Origin: Actinomycetes bacterium
GTDB lineage: Bacteria > Actinomycetota > Coriobacteriia > Anaerosomatales > Anaerosomataceae
Assembly (NCBI GenBank): GCA_021373175.1
Contig: JAJFTE010000004.1
Span: 19,588-43,587, forward strand
Direction of reading: 5' to 3'
DNA: 24,000 nucleotides
Shown: piece after piece, positions 23,795 through 24,000 of the stretch
Layout of the letters: the number at the start of each line of letters is the position of its first letter
Position numbering within the stretch: the stretch's first letter is position 1
Translations under genes and position numbers: made by a program
The notes under the pieces: generated by a model
The model's database searches: none
What the model was told of the DNA's origin: nothing
What the model saw: only the letters and a program-made list of their open reading frames with translations

Positions 23795-23908
23795 GGTCCT
23801 GGGTGCCCGCGATCAGCGGGAGAATAGGGAAGCCGGTGAGATTCCGGTACGGACCCGCCACTGTTACGAGGGAGCGTTCCTCGAAGTCAGGAGACCTGCC
23901 CAGGATTC
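23795..23908 (+). promoter_or_regulatory. Cobalamin (B12) riboswitch aptamer, compact form
   Basis: GGTGCC...AATAGGGAAGCCGGTGAGATTCCGGTACGGACCCGCCACTGT core and B12 box AGTCAGGAGACCTGCC (23885-23900). A 7-bp P1 helix forms between tcctggg (23798-23804) and cccagga (23899-23905). Oriented toward a gene beyond the right window edge. Confidence 0.85.
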
Positions 23909-23981
23909 CGCGATGCCGCCTTCGAGGATCGAGGCTCCGTCGCATGCGCATAGCGCGTGCCCGGAAGACCGAGAACTCGAA

Positions 23982-24000
23982 GACCCGCCAAGAGCGGGTC
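23982..24000 (+). other. Hairpin at the window edge, possibly part of the riboswitch expression platform
   Basis: gacccgc (23982-23988), loop caaga, gcgggtc (23994-24000). Truncated by the end of the window, so any U-tract or RBS context is unseen. Confidence 0.3.

Noticed and set aside
23715-23951. 78-aa minus-strand ORF
   Set aside because: It lies directly over the + strand cobalamin riboswitch. It has no RBS or motif, so the region is better explained as structured RNA.
23732-24000. Identical 10-mer agagcgggtc at 23732-23741 and 23991-24000, flanking the riboswitch
   Set aside because: It is short and GC-rich. The first copy lies upstream of the predicted promoter, so it would not be in the same RNA. 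Most likely chance.
23912-24000. Open frame from ATG 23912 (MPPSRIEAPSHAHSACPEDRELEDPPRAG..) running to the window end as the riboswitch-controlled gene
   Set aside because: There is no Shine-Dalgarno sequence and it starts only 7 nt after P1. The peptide has no recognisable character, and hairpins (23942-23960, 23982-24000) suggest this is still leader RNA. It cannot be resolved without downstream sequence.
1-24000. Scan for CRISPR repeats, IS elements or inverted terminal repeats, integrases, tRNA/rRNA genes, and toxin-antitoxin or other defence modules
   Set aside because: I found no regularly spaced direct repeats, no transposase, integrase or recombinase-like translations, and no tRNA-like cloverleaf candidates. 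Composition looks uniform, so I see no evidence of a mobile or accessory island.

Overview
GC-rich (by eye about 60-65% G+C), gene-dense chromosomal window. I saw no rRNA, tRNA, CRISPR array, transposase or integrase. I support about 21 protein-coding genes, one cobalamin riboswitch and several hairpin terminators.

Gene order, left to right:
- Bases 1-4257 (+): a tightly coupled four-gene operon. It encodes an aldehyde:ferredoxin-oxidoreductase (AOR) family tungsto/molybdopterin enzyme (5' end off-window), an acidic 148-aa unknown protein, a cobalamin-domain radical SAM enzyme and a lipoprotein-anchored dihaem cytochrome c.
- Rrf2-family regulator followed by cydAB (cytochrome bd oxidase).
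- Minus strand: a redoxin-rpiA pair, an ABC1/UbiB-type kinase and a PadR regulator.
- A secreted M6 (InhA-like) metalloprotease, divergent from the PadR gene.
- An AI-2E family transporter, then a small membrane protein translationally coupled to transketolase.
- A lipid-flavoured neighbourhood: a GNAT-like protein (-), then an LpxL/HtrB-type acyltransferase, a CDP-alcohol phosphatidyltransferase and a patatin-like lipase (+), a CcmC-like membrane protein (+) and a serine-palmitoyltransferase-like alpha-oxoamine synthase (-).
- A short-type cobalamin riboswitch facing out of the right edge.

The two most unusual items are the AOR / B12-radical-SAM / cytochrome c operon and the lipid cluster with the SPT-like enzyme plus an orphan, motif-degenerate CcmC-like protein.

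All functional calls rest on motifs I recognise by eye from the supplied translations. No database search was run. Strong GGAGG-type ribosome-binding sites, PT-rich lipoprotein linkers and U-tract-poor long-stem terminators suggest a high-GC monoderm, probably an Actinomycetota-like anaerobe or microaerophile. That taxonomic reading is inference only.
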